Of a stretch of 47,454 nucleotides of DNA, positions 1 to 9,272 are shown one piece after another. The DNA is taken from NCBI GenBank assembly GCA_964444305.1, contig CAYUGQ010000002.1:1-47454 (forward strand). Reading direction: 5' to 3'. Position 1 is the stretch's first letter. Each line of letters begins with the position of its first letter. A model generated the notes under the pieces. The model ran no database searches. It was not told the DNA's origin and worked only from the letters and a program-made list of their open reading frames with translations. The position numbers and the translations under genes were made by a program. The stretch comes from an uncultured Candidatus Sumerlaeota bacterium. Lineage in GTDB: Bacteria > Sumerlaeota > Sumerlaeia > Sumerlaeales > Sumerlaeaceae.

Positions 1-5
1 AACAG

Positions 6-917
6 TTACGATTGCAGCGACTTATTGATCTCGGCGGCTATGGTTATAGTTTGAGCATGGATTTTGACGGTGTCCATCTGGTGACGTCCATATCCGCCGG
101 CCGTGACAGTGACAGTAGGAATCTTACGTTCGGCGGCAGCTTCCAAAATGAACTGGTCACGCTCTTCCAGACCGTGCATTGTTAGCTTCAGGCGACCTAA
201 AAGGTCATCCTGATAGGGGTCAGCACCGGCGACATAAATGAGCAAGTCAGCCTTGGAGTCATCCAGGAACTGCGGTATTGCGTCATGCAGATGGGACATG
301 TACTCGACGTCATCAACGTAATCTTCGAGGCCGATATCGACATCGCTGTTTTGCTTGGTGGGATAGTTGTTTTCCTGATGGATAGAACAGGTGGCAACAG
401 TAGGGTCTCCCAGAAAGATATGCGCGGTACCGTTGCCCTGGTGTAGATCGCAGTCGATTACGGCGGCGCGTTTGATGCGGCCTTCCTGCTGCATGACCCG
501 TATGGCTACGGCGATATCATTGATGTAGCAGAAACCCTCGGCGTGATCGGCAAATGCATGGTGAAACCCGCCGCCGATATGGGAGACTATAAGGTGAGAA
601 CTTTCGAGGACCTTCCGGGCCGCCAGGATGCTTCCGCCGGCTGCCAGTTTGTATGCGTTAACAATGGTGTCATTAAGGGGGAGTTCACTGTAAAGCGTCC
701 GTTTGGATCGGTGCAGGTCGGTGAGATCCTTGAGGTACTCGGGGGTATGCACGGTCAACAACTGCTCTTCCGTGGCTGTTTCAGGGAGGAGCAGATCCTG
801 TTCGCGACAAACGCCTTCCTCGATCAGAAGTTCTTTGATCAGGCGATATTTGGCCGTGGGGAAAACGTGCTCCCCTATATCAACTTCATAGTCCGGTGAC
901 CATACACATTGTATCAT
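6..917 (-). CDS. histone deacetylase-family (arginase/deacetylase fold) amidohydrolase, AcuC/APAH-like
   Basis: 303-aa ORF with the motifs HIGGGFHHAF and VIDCDLHQGNGT, typical of the HDAC superfamily. Its ATG shares one nt with the murC stop (TAATG). Confidence 0.85.
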   Translation of the reverse strand: MIQCVWSPDYEVDIGEHVFPTAKYRLIKELLIEEGVCREQDLLLPETATEEQLLTVHTPEYLKDLTDLHRSKRTLYSELPLNDTIVNAYKLAAGGSILAARKVLESSHLIVSHIGGGFHHAFADHAEGFCYINDIAVAIRVMQQEGRIKRAAVIDCDLHQGNGTAHIFLGDPTVATCSIHQENNYPTKQNSDVDIGLEDYVDDVEYMSHLHDAIPQFLDDSKADLLIYVAGADPYQDDLLGRLKLTMHGLEERDQFILEAAAERKIPTVTVTAGGYGRHQMDTVKIHAQTITIAAEINKSLQS

Positions 918-2305
918 TATTGCACGACTGGCTCCGGGGAGATTCTCCGGGAGAGGTTCTGCGCAATTTTATAAACATCGCCGGCTCCGAGAGTGATTAT
1001 CAAATCGTTGGGCTGTAGCGCATCGGCTATATAATTTTCTGCAGCATCCAGCTCTGCCACGTAGATGGCCTTGGGATGGTTATTTTCCTGCAGATGCTGC
1101 ACAATCAGCTCCGACGTGACGTTGGGTATGGGCTCTTCACCTGCGCCGTAGATATCTACGATGATTACGTGGTCAGCATTGCCAAAGGCAGCTCCAAAAT
1201 CTCGCGCTAATGATTGGGTGCGACTGTATCTATGGGGCTGAAAGACGGTGATGATACGGTCTTTATGAGACTGGCGGGCGGCGGAAAGGGTTGCCAGGAT
1301 TTCGCTTGGGTGATGGGCGTAATCATCCACGACGGTGCATTGCTCGGTTCGGCTAAGGATTTGGAATCTACGCTGAACGCCCATAAACTCCCACAGACCA
1401 GCGGCAATGGCTTCGATGTCGAGACCCATGTGAAGCCCAATGGTGACTGCTGCGAGACTGTTTTGCACATTGTGACTTCCGGGAACCTGCAGTTTCACGG
1501 TTCCAAGTGTTCCCTGGGAGGTGACCACGTCAAAGCTGCTCCCGAGCCCCTCGAATCTTAGGTTTACGGCTCGGATATCGGCGCCTTCGCGGAGGCCATA
1601 GGACAGGAAAAGACGATCTGTTCCAACGCCGTGGCCAACCAGACGAAGCACGCCGGGGTCGTCTGAACAGTATACGATCAGGCCGCCGGGCTTGACGTTC
1701 TGAACGTGTTCTGCAAAAATCTCGTGCAGGTGAATGGTGTCGCGGTAATAATCTTGGTGATCCATCTCAATGTTGGTCAGGACGGCGACTTCTGGCTGGT
1801 ATTCGATGAGGGACCCATCGCTTTCATCAGCCTCAATGACGAACCATTCGCTGTCGCCCCGGCTTGCATTGTCGGCAAAGGTATTGACGATGCCGCCGAT
1901 AACATAAGATGGAGCAATCCCCGCATGTTTCATCATGGTTGCTACCATACTGGAGGTAGTTGTTTTACCGTGGGTTCCTGCAATGGTGATTCCGCGATGA
2001 GAATTTACGAGTTCGGCAAGCTTTTTAGAGCGATGGATTACGGGAATTCCAAGGCGTTCGGCTTCCATGACCTCCAAGTTGTCCTTGCGGATAGCAGAAC
2101 TACTGACAACCTGACCGGCACCATGGACGTTTTCAGGCCGATGACCAATATAGATTGTGGCGCCCATATCACGAAGCTTGATTATGGTAGGGGACTCTTT
2201 TGAATCGGAACCGCTGACAGGAACTCCCTGGGATAGCAGGTAGCGGGCGATCCCGCTCATTCCAATTCCACCAATTCCAATAAAATGGCAACGCTCTTCG
2301 CTCAT
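917..2305 (-). CDS. murC: UDP-N-acetylmuramate--L-alanine ligase
   Basis: 462 aa. N-terminal HFIGIGGIGMSGIARYL, P-loop GTHGKTTTSSM, and Mur ligase middle and C-terminal regions. Confidence 0.95.
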   Translation of the reverse strand: MSEERCHFIGIGGIGMSGIARYLLSQGVPVSGSDSKESPTIIKLRDMGATIYIGHRPENVHGAGQVVSSSAIRKDNLEVMEAERLGIPVIHRSKKLAELVNSHRGITIAGTHGKTTTSSMVATMMKHAGIAPSYVIGGIVNTFADNASRGDSEWFVIEADESDGSLIEYQPEVAVLTNIEMDHQDYYRDTIHLHEIFAEHVQNVKPGGLIVYCSDDPGVLRLVGHGVGTDRLFLSYGLREGADIRAVNLRFEGLGSSFDVVTSQGTLGTVKLQVPGSHNVQNSLAAVTIGLHMGLDIEAIAAGLWEFMGVQRRFQILSRTEQCTVVDDYAHHPSEILATLSAARQSHKDRIITVFQPHRYSRTQSLARDFGAAFGNADHVIIVDIYGAGEEPIPNVTSELIVQHLQENNHPKAIYVAELDAAENYIADALQPNDLIITLGAGDVYKIAQNLSRRISPEPVVQ

Positions 2306-2477
2306 TTACTTCGCTTTCTCAATCAGGAGGTTACTGCTACGCATGGGGCATCTACCTTTGACAATAAAATGGGGGAACTGCTTCACCCGATAACAAAGGT
2401 TGTGCCTGCACAGAACTATCAGCCTATAAATCATCGTGGAGTGCAATTCATTTAAAACGAAACCGATCAGGCTCGTT

Positions 2478-3485
2478 CTATTGATTCCTGCGTGATTGGG
2501 CTTTTTTCCGGGTGATGTCCTCCCGGAAATTTGAGTTGGGTTGCAGCCGCAAGTGTTCATCATAATAGATGATGGCTTCTTCGAACCGCTTTTCGGCGTA
2601 AAAGAGATCGCCCATGGCGAGGTGAAGGCTGGCATTTTCTGGGTTTTCCTGAATGGCTTTTAAAATAAGCTCCTTGGCCGCTTCTTCACGGTCGGACCGC
2701 GAATATGCTGCGGCGAGAGCTTTGACCACGCTGACATCGTCGGGGTCCTTTTTTATGAGGGATTCCAGGAACTGGGTTGCCTGAGACGTTTTACCGGTCT
2801 GCATGGCACCTGCAAGCATATCAAACGGGTTCAATTCCGTATCAGGAGCGTGAAACCTGAATAGCTCAGCGCAGTAATCTGCGGTCCCGAGACGGTTGGA
2901 CAACACCGCGGCGATCATACGCCCACGCAGGTTATCATTCTTCACCTCGGCTGTGGCAGTGGCTTGAATGAGATAAAATGAGGCGTCATCCAGTTTGTTT
3001 GTGCGCAGCTTGGACAGGCCGGCACGGTTGAAAACTAAGTCAGGACTTACGCTGGGCGATGGCATCATAGTGAGATAACGTTCGAACTCAAGGGCGGCGT
3101 TTTCAAAGTTTTGCATTTGGTAGTTGGAAAAAGCCAGCAATCGGATGGAGTTATACGAATGGGGAAGATAATCCAGACCACGGGTGAGAAGTGAAACGGC
3201 TTCGGCAAAATCGTTCTGGAGATATTTTGATGTGCCCAGATAAAACCAAGCGTAGCCATCATAAGGGTTTAAATCAACCGCTTCGGAAGCAAAAGCCTCG
3301 GCTGCGGAGGCTCGTTCAGGATTTGACAGGATGGTTGTGCTTTTCTGCACTAAAACGCGGCTGTGGTGTTTGCCAACCGCGTTGATTACAGCGAGCTGCA
3401 TGAAAATGGCGGCTAGCAAGACTGTCACAGTAAAGATGCGGCGAGCATTTTCTGCAGAAAATCCATCTGTTTTTTTATGGCTCAT
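2478..3485 (-). CDS. membrane-anchored TPR-repeat protein
   Basis: 335 aa. N-terminal hydrophobic anchor (IFTVTVLLAAIFMQLAVI), followed by repeated TPR-like A/Y/L-patterned helices. Function unknown. Confidence 0.7.
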   Translation of the reverse strand: MSHKKTDGFSAENARRIFTVTVLLAAIFMQLAVINAVGKHHSRVLVQKSTTILSNPERASAAEAFASEAVDLNPYDGYAWFYLGTSKYLQNDFAEAVSLLTRGLDYLPHSYNSIRLLAFSNYQMQNFENAALEFERYLTMMPSPSVSPDLVFNRAGLSKLRTNKLDDASFYLIQATATAEVKNDNLRGRMIAAVLSNRLGTADYCAELFRFHAPDTELNPFDMLAGAMQTGKTSQATQFLESLIKKDPDDVSVVKALAAAYSRSDREEAAKELILKAIQENPENASLHLAMGDLFYAEKRFEEAIIYYDEHLRLQPNSNFREDITRKKAQSRRNQ

Positions 3486-3536
3486 TTATCTCAATCCCGG
3501 GAACAAACCGTTCGCGTCATCCGTCATATTAAATTG

Positions 3537-3552
3537 TGGTACGAAAAGTGCT
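3537..3552 (+). promoter_or_regulatory. candidate sigma-54 (-24/-12) promoter upstream of rpoN
   Basis: TGGTACG-AAAA-GTGCT. GG (3538-3539) and GC (3550-3551) have canonical spacing. It matches 10/12 positions of TGGCACG-N4-TTGCW, is correctly oriented, and lies 77 nt before the rpoN ATG. Confidence 0.35.
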
Positions 3553-3628
3553 AACAGCTATAGTAACGTATGTGAAATGCTGCACTTTAACAACTTACTT
3601 CTATGGCACAACTACCAAGGAAAATGCA

Positions 3629-5137
3629 ATGGCTCTTTCTCTTAATCAGGTACAAAAACAAACACAACGACTAATTATGACACCTCAGATGCAGCAGTCG
3701 ATTCAACTGCTGCAGATGTCGGCCCAAGAGCTCGAACAACTCGCGGGCCAGGAGGTTATGGAAAATCCCTTTCTCGAGCTGGCCGAGGACAGCGAAAGTG
3801 AAGGGGATGGGGAGCAGAAAACGGAGACGGCGGATGGCGAACAGGCGGCGGCGAGCACGGAAGAAGTGATCGACTTCACCTATTCTTCATCCGAAAATGA
3901 ACAGGCTGCTCCGAGCACTACCGAAGGTGAGCAACAGGCAGAAGGAGATCACTTTTCGGATGTGGACGTTAATTGGGAAGATTTTTATGACGACTCGGAA
4001 AGTCGTGTTTATACCCCTAGCGAACCGGTAGAGGAGGAGCGGGACTTTACCGATTTTGTGGCTGGTCGGGAGAACCTTTACGATTCCCTGAATTGGCAGC
4101 TTCACGTAAGCTCTATGGATAAACAGCAGACCCTTATTGGCGAGTATATCATCGGTAATTTGGATGACGATGGATATCTGCGTGTGACTTTGGAGGAGCT
4201 TGCCGAAGACCTTAAATGCCCAGTTGAGGATGTTGAAGACGTTCTCCGGGTGATCCAGACATTTGACCCTGTGGGTGTTGGAGCGCGGGATCTGGCAGAA
4301 TGCCTGACTATTCAGTTGGAAAACCGGGGGGTAAAGGACAAGGTTACACTGTCGGTGGTTAGGGAACATCTCGATCTTCTTCAAAAGAAGAAGTTTAAAG
4401 AGATCGCCAGGGAAATGAAAATTGATGAGTCAAAGGTGCACGAAATCTTCCACCAGATTGGCCATCTTGAGCCAAAACCTGGGCGCTCCGGCTCTATTGA
4501 CGACGTTAAATACATCCAGCCAGACGTGTTTGTTAAGAAGGTGGATGACAACTATATGATCTTCCTCAACGAGGGGAAAACTGGCGGGTTGCGGATAAAC
4601 CGGTATTACCGGAATCTGCTCCAGCAGGCGGACTTCAGCTCCAAAGAAAAAGAATTTGCGATGGAGAAATATAAGTCTGCAATCTGGTTGATTAAGAATA
4701 TCGAGAAGCGGAAAAGCACCATTCTTAAAGTCAGTGAAGCTGTGATGGACTTCCAGAAAGATTTTCTGGAAAAGGGCACTAGTGGCCTTTGTCCGCTTAC
4801 TCTGAAGCAGGTGGCTGAAGTTGTCGGTATGCATGAGTCGACGGTGGCTCGTGTGACGACCAACAAGTATATCGAGACACCTCGCGGGATTTTTGAGTTG
4901 AAGTATTTCTTCAGCCCGGGTCTGGAAACGGACAGTGGGGTTGACGCCAGCAGCACGAGCATCAAGGCGATGCTGGCTGAACTGATTGCTAATGAAAACC
5001 CGAAGAAGCCTTACAGCGATCAGAAGCTGGCGGAAATGATTCGGGCTAAGGGCGTGAACATCGCCCGCCGGACAGTCGCGAAGTATCGTGAACAGATGCG
5101 CATTCTCAGTGCGAAGATGCGTAAAGAAGTGGCTTAA
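3629..5137 (+). CDS. rpoN: RNA polymerase sigma-54 factor
   Basis: Region I MALSLNQVQKQTQRLIMTPQMQQSIQLLQMS, an acidic region II, and the C-terminal RpoN box ARRTVAKYREQ. I chose ATG 3629 (AAGGA Shine-Dalgarno upstream) rather than the GTG at 3536, because sigma-54 proteins begin at region I. Confidence 0.95.
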   Translation: MALSLNQVQKQTQRLIMTPQMQQSIQLLQMSAQELEQLAGQEVMENPFLELAEDSESEGDGEQKTETADGEQAAASTEEVIDFTYSSSENEQAAPSTTEGEQQAEGDHFSDVDVNWEDFYDDSESRVYTPSEPVEEERDFTDFVAGRENLYDSLNWQLHVSSMDKQQTLIGEYIIGNLDDDGYLRVTLEELAEDLKCPVEDVEDVLRVIQTFDPVGVGARDLAECLTIQLENRGVKDKVTLSVVREHLDLLQKKKFKEIAREMKIDESKVHEIFHQIGHLEPKPGRSGSIDDVKYIQPDVFVKKVDDNYMIFLNEGKTGGLRINRYYRNLLQQADFSSKEKEFAMEKYKSAIWLIKNIEKRKSTILKVSEAVMDFQKDFLEKGTSGLCPLTLKQVAEVVGMHESTVARVTTNKYIETPRGIFELKYFFSPGLETDSGVDASSTSIKAMLAELIANENPKKPYSDQKLAEMIRAKGVNIARRTVAKYREQMRILSAKMRKEVA

Positions 5138-5157
5138 GCCTTAAAACTGACTTCTCC

Positions 5158-5192
5158 AAAGGCATCATCCTCAAAGGGGATGATGCCTTTTA
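5158..5192. terminator. bidirectional rho-independent terminator between convergent rpoN and the DUF512 gene
   Basis: Perfect 13-bp stem, AAAGGCATCATCC (5158-5170) paired with GGATGATGCCTTT (5178-5190), with a 7-nt loop. A T-run follows on the + strand and a shorter one on the - strand. Confidence 0.65.
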
Positions 5193-5195
5193 TTG

Positions 5196-6548
5196 TTACA
5201 GGCAGGCTTCCAAAAAACTGGCGGCTGTGTCTGAGCCTGTCTGTATTTCGACGTCTCCGGCAAGAGACTGAAGTTCGTCGAGGGTCATATCGTCGAGGAA
5301 TTTTTTATCCCAGGAGCGCAAGGCGTTAGCGGGTATGAGATATCTGTCGTAGCCAGGATTTTCTTTTATGGCGGCGAGGAAATCTTTTCCGGGCAAGAGA
5401 CCGGATACGTTAATGCCGGATCCAAAAAGGGTGTTGGTAACACACAACAGATCCACATGAAGTGGGGCCAGGCGGGTGTTTATTTGTTCTATCAGCCGAC
5501 CCAGAACTTTTCGGTTCTGATGGGTGGTGATGGCAGCGACTTTTCGAGAGGGCAACTCTATGGTTTCGGCGTATTTGATGAGCTCTTCGACTTCCTGATA
5601 GAAACGGTAATACATTCCGACACCGTTGGCCAGTTGAGGAATTTCGGGATATTCGCCGTAGGATGGCGGTTGAAGATTGCCGATGAGGAAGAACTCGTCG
5701 CTCGGGAAAATCAGGGGATATCCGATGGTCTTACGGGTTTCATCTTGTAATTGAGCGCAAAACGTAACGAACCGGCGCGCGTATTCGGGGGTAACGTCTT
5801 GCAATTTAGGCAGGCGCTCGCGGTGGTCTGTCATCCCCAGCGGAACTACGGCGATACTTTCGACGTAAGGATAAAGGGTCGCCAGATCAGCTACCGTTTT
5901 TCGCAGTATCTCGCCATCATTGATTCCGGGGCACAGAACAACCTGGCAATGTATGTAAATACCCTGTTCCGTGAGGGCTTTCAGCATGGGAATGACGGGC
6001 TCGATGTTGCGCTTTACCAATAACTGCTCACGCACTTCCTGGTCAGTTGCGTGGATGCTGAAAAATAGAGGACTTAGTTTATAGTCGATGATCCTTTGTT
6101 TGTCGGCATGGGAGAGGTTGGTGCCTGTGATGTAATTGCCGTAAAGAAATGAAAGTCGATAGTCCTCGTCTTTGATGTAGAGTTCGCGACGCATGCCGCG
6201 GGGGAGTTGGTGGACGAAGCAGAAGACGCAGGCATTGGAGCAGCGTTTGATCTCAAAAGGTTCGAGTTCAATGCCAAGGCGCTGATCAAAGGGCTTTCTG
6301 ACGGTGGCGTTTTTGTTGTCGCCGTTTTTGGTTGTCCAGCTTACGCTGAGACGGTCTGCGGATACATGAAACCAATAGTCCAGAATGTCATGGATCAGAT
6401 GATTATTTAAAGCCAGCAGGCGATCACCTGCGGACATGCCGATTTTCTCAGCAGGGCTGCCGGGTTGAACCTCGAGCACCTGCACTCCAGGCTGGCCCGG
6501 GGCTGACCCGGGGACATGGTTCAACGGCTGTGATTGCATCATAGACAT
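5196..6548 (-). CDS. PDZ domain / DUF512-type putative radical SAM protein
   Basis: 450 aa. PDZ-like N-terminus (GSPAEKIGMSAGDRLLALN), CxxxCxxC motif CSNACVFC followed by YIKDEDYRLSFLYGNYIT, and a DUF512-like C-terminus. Confidence 0.8.
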   Translation of the reverse strand: MSMMQSQPLNHVPGSAPGQPGVQVLEVQPGSPAEKIGMSAGDRLLALNNHLIHDILDYWFHVSADRLSVSWTTKNGDNKNATVRKPFDQRLGIELEPFEIKRCSNACVFCFVHQLPRGMRRELYIKDEDYRLSFLYGNYITGTNLSHADKQRIIDYKLSPLFFSIHATDQEVREQLLVKRNIEPVIPMLKALTEQGIYIHCQVVLCPGINDGEILRKTVADLATLYPYVESIAVVPLGMTDHRERLPKLQDVTPEYARRFVTFCAQLQDETRKTIGYPLIFPSDEFFLIGNLQPPSYGEYPEIPQLANGVGMYYRFYQEVEELIKYAETIELPSRKVAAITTHQNRKVLGRLIEQINTRLAPLHVDLLCVTNTLFGSGINVSGLLPGKDFLAAIKENPGYDRYLIPANALRSWDKKFLDDMTLDELQSLAGDVEIQTGSDTAASFLEACL

Positions 6549-6589
6549 ATTGTCAGTCTATCAGCCGCGTGCGAAGAAATTTGCCGTGG

Positions 6590-8530
6590 TCAGGAGACTG
6601 CTGCGAGAGCAGGCTCAGCAGGGGCAGCGCGGGAGGAGAGACTTCTCATTTGCTCAACCACACGATCAAACTCACGATGGGCAGCGGGGCTTGTGCCGCG
6701 CACAGCCGTTGCCATGTAGAGCAAACCGGCTTCTTCATCATAGTAAACCCATGTTTCGCGATACACGATCATGAAGGCCACGAACGCACCGAAGATGATG
6801 ATGCAGTTACCGGCAAACAGCCAACTTACACTGGGATCTTTCATAAATCCGAGGAAGGTGACATGACCAGAGGTCATGCCCATGAATTCGACCTGATAAC
6901 GCTGGTTGCCAGCAACGGTGACCGCCTCAGCCATTTGGGTTGCGGTATTGTCGGAGGTTTCAGCTTCGGCAATTGCGAGCGGAGAAGTTGCTTCGAAATC
7001 CTGATTTGCCGAACGAGTCGTGCTGGCGGAACTGTCGACGACCTGCGTAGCTGTGGTTTCGCGAGAACCGTGGGTGTCTGGCAGTCGATCCATTCGGATG
7101 TTGGCGCTTTGCAGGATTTTTTCGCTCACTGGCAGTTCGCGGATCTGGCCAGCAGACAGCCAGACATCTCCGAATTCCTGGTGAGATCCTTTTTCTGTAA
7201 TCCGGAGTTTTACTTCGTAATTATAAAGGTTGTCGGCGTCTGCGGATTCGTCTTTTCGTCGGTAGTTTTCGAAGATCAAATTAACTTCCGGGTGTGGCTG
7301 GCCAACGATTTTCTGGGCTTCCGGATTTAAGAATAGCCAGGTGAAGCCGTTTGGACGGCCATTCTTGAACAGCATAACCATTGCTGCCGGGTTATCAAAT
7401 TTTTCATCGCGGGTGGTTGGATTTCGGTTCTCGTCAAAGGTGAAATTTGGGAAAAGAGCAGCAACCATAACACTATACCGACTCTGGGCGAGTTCCTGGG
7501 CAAAGGGACGCATGTCTATGGGCAGGGGCAGGTCTTCAGGCTGGGCGGCTTCGCCTTCCTGTAAAACTTCCTGTTTATCCAGATCAAGAACGTAAAACTT
7601 GGTATCCGCAGTCAAAGCATCGACTTGCACGTAGGGAGCGCTGGAGCCAAAGCCATGCATGCGGACCGGGTCGCCGGGGCTGACATCGACTTCAGAAAAA
7701 CGCCCGGTTTCTGTATCTGTGATACGGAACTTGCCGCGCTGGATGCGGTTGTTGGGGCTAAAGCTGTTCTGCGTAAGTTTATAGCCTTTATAGATGACGG
7801 GATCCGTCATGGTTACTTCGTAGATTTGTTTGTAGTCGCCATCGACGAGTTCGATGGTTGAAGCAAAGGTTTTAGCGACGGTGCTGTGGGGGAAATACTC
7901 GGCGTGGAAGTCGAGTGCTTTTACGGCAAAAGGCATCGGTCGCTGGACAAGGTTACCGCCGGCCGGGACTTCAAGGCGGTCTTTACGAGTAACGTAAGTG
8001 TTTGCCACTTCTCCTTCAGGAAGAATTACCGTGGCATCGTAAACCCCCCAGTTAAAATCATCTGCGAGAATACGGTAAAACCCGGCAAGCATGGTCCACA
8101 AAAGTCCGATGTGGATTATGGTGGCCCCAGTGCGACCGAAAAGACCACGCTGAGAGTAAAACGAGCGGCCGTCTGATGTGGCCGTTATAGTGTATTTTTT
8201 CTTTAAAACTTTTTCTACGTCGGCGGCGGAACCGTTAAACGGCAGGGCGACGGAATGCTTTGCTTTCTGGTAAAACTTGGGGTTTCTCTGGAAGTTCCGC
8301 TTCTTATAAAGCGTTAAGGCGATGTAGCTTTTCTCCCAGGAACAGAGACAAAGGTTAATCAGCAGGAGGCCCATAAGCCCAAGAAACCAAGGTGTATGGA
8401 AAACGTAGGCTCGACCGTGATCGACCCCCAGGTTGTCATTTGATGCAATTAGGGATCCGGCAATACAAGCAATAGCTACGAGGGAGATCAGCACGATCCC
8501 CAAATGCAGCGAAGACAAAAACTTCAACAA
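6590..8530 (-). CDS. resB: cytochrome c biogenesis protein ResB/Ccs1 family (system II)
   Basis: 646 aa with a TTG start. ResB-like N-terminus FLSSLHLGIVLISLVAIACIAGSLI, further TM helices, a large soluble domain and a C-terminal TM helix. It contains a T/S/A-rich low-complexity insertion. Confidence 0.8.
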   Translation of the reverse strand: MLKFLSSLHLGIVLISLVAIACIAGSLIASNDNLGVDHGRAYVFHTPWFLGLMGLLLINLCLCSWEKSYIALTLYKKRNFQRNPKFYQKAKHSVALPFNGSAADVEKVLKKKYTITATSDGRSFYSQRGLFGRTGATIIHIGLLWTMLAGFYRILADDFNWGVYDATVILPEGEVANTYVTRKDRLEVPAGGNLVQRPMPFAVKALDFHAEYFPHSTVAKTFASTIELVDGDYKQIYEVTMTDPVIYKGYKLTQNSFSPNNRIQRGKFRITDTETGRFSEVDVSPGDPVRMHGFGSSAPYVQVDALTADTKFYVLDLDKQEVLQEGEAAQPEDLPLPIDMRPFAQELAQSRYSVMVAALFPNFTFDENRNPTTRDEKFDNPAAMVMLFKNGRPNGFTWLFLNPEAQKIVGQPHPEVNLIFENYRRKDESADADNLYNYEVKLRITEKGSHQEFGDVWLSAGQIRELPVSEKILQSANIRMDRLPDTHGSRETTATQVVDSSASTTRSANQDFEATSPLAIAEAETSDNTATQMAEAVTVAGNQRYQVEFMGMTSGHVTFLGFMKDPSVSWLFAGNCIIIFGAFVAFMIVYRETWVYYDEEAGLLYMATAVRGTSPAAHREFDRVVEQMRSLSSRAAPAEPALAAVS

Positions 8531-8636
8531 TGAACGTCCCAGTTTAACAGACCTCGTACAAAATTGGCCGCTTGCTGCAGAGTTCAGGCCTAATCTGCAA
8601 ACAACACCTTTTGAGAATCATTCGGTGCATGATTGT

Positions 8637-9260
8637 TCAAGTTGCGATAGATTCGGCCAGAAACTGCTCGAGAGACTGAGCTACAACCGCTTTGCCGTCT
8701 GTTCCCACCATGATAATAAATTCGGCGCGGCGGGCGTTGTGACGGAGAAATGCTTCAGACTCCATGTGGGGGACCAGTAGTGCCTGCTGCCCATTGCGCA
8801 GGCGCAACAAAGCTGCTCCTTGAGGGTTACCGTGAAGGGCCACATAGCCATCTATGCCGCGAAGTAATCCTGATATCGTAAGCTGCCGAATCACTCCTGA
8901 AGCTGCGATGTCTGCCGGGGGTGGGCCGTCGTGCTGGAGTTGGGACGCGGTTGTGGTTTCATGGGGTGTGTGAGAATCAGGAATTAATTCTGCAGGATCA
9001 GTCGTCAGATCGGCAGCGGTGGCATCTGGAGGGGATTTGGTGCCATGTTCGGAATGATTTGACTGAAGAAATCGATCGTCAGCGCCGAGGGTGGATTCCA
9101 CCCCTATACTACCTAAAACCGACTGCTGAAACTCCATCTCCGCCAACTGCTCTTCCATCCGCATCTGATCCATACGGGCTCTGAGCATCAAGATACCAAC
9201 CACGATGCAACCCAAGACCACGATGCCAAAGATAAGCCAGGTTGCGAGATCAGTTGTCAC
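8637..9260 (-). CDS. hypothetical single-pass membrane protein
   Basis: 207 aa. N-terminal TM helix (WLIFGIVVLGCIVVGILML), a coiled/acidic linker, a disordered P/T/D-rich stretch and a small C-terminal globular domain. No family recognised. It lies 12 nt downstream of the UbiA-family gene. Confidence 0.5.
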   Translation of the reverse strand: MTTDLATWLIFGIVVLGCIVVGILMLRARMDQMRMEEQLAEMEFQQSVLGSIGVESTLGADDRFLQSNHSEHGTKSPPDATAADLTTDPAELIPDSHTPHETTTASQLQHDGPPPADIAASGVIRQLTISGLLRGIDGYVALHGNPQGAALLRLRNGQQALLVPHMESEAFLRHNARRAEFIIMVGTDGKAVVAQSLEQFLAESIAT

Positions 9261-9272
9261 GCTAGCCCCTTG

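Noticed and set aside
2393-2407. A minus-strand AGGCACA-ACCT-TTGT upstream of murC.
   Set aside because: The invariant C of the -12 GC is replaced by T.
3536-3628. A 31-codon N-terminal extension of rpoN, from the GTG at 3536 in the ORF track.
   Set aside because: Sigma-54 proteins start at the Gln/Leu-rich region I. ATG 3629 has an AAGGA Shine-Dalgarno, and the extension has Cys/Thr/Tyr-rich non-protein-like composition. It also covers the candidate -24/-12 element.
6569-7330. A 253-aa ORF on the + strand.
   Set aside because: It lies entirely antisense to the well-supported resB gene, with no recognisable motifs and biased Arg/Gly/Ser-rich composition typical of shadow ORFs.
8576-8591. 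A minus-strand AGGCCTG-AACT-CTGCA with correct spacing, 35 nt or more upstream of the resB TTG.
   Set aside because: It matches 8/12 positions but the -24 box core is degenerate (GGCCT). This is indistinguishable from chance without a PWM scan.
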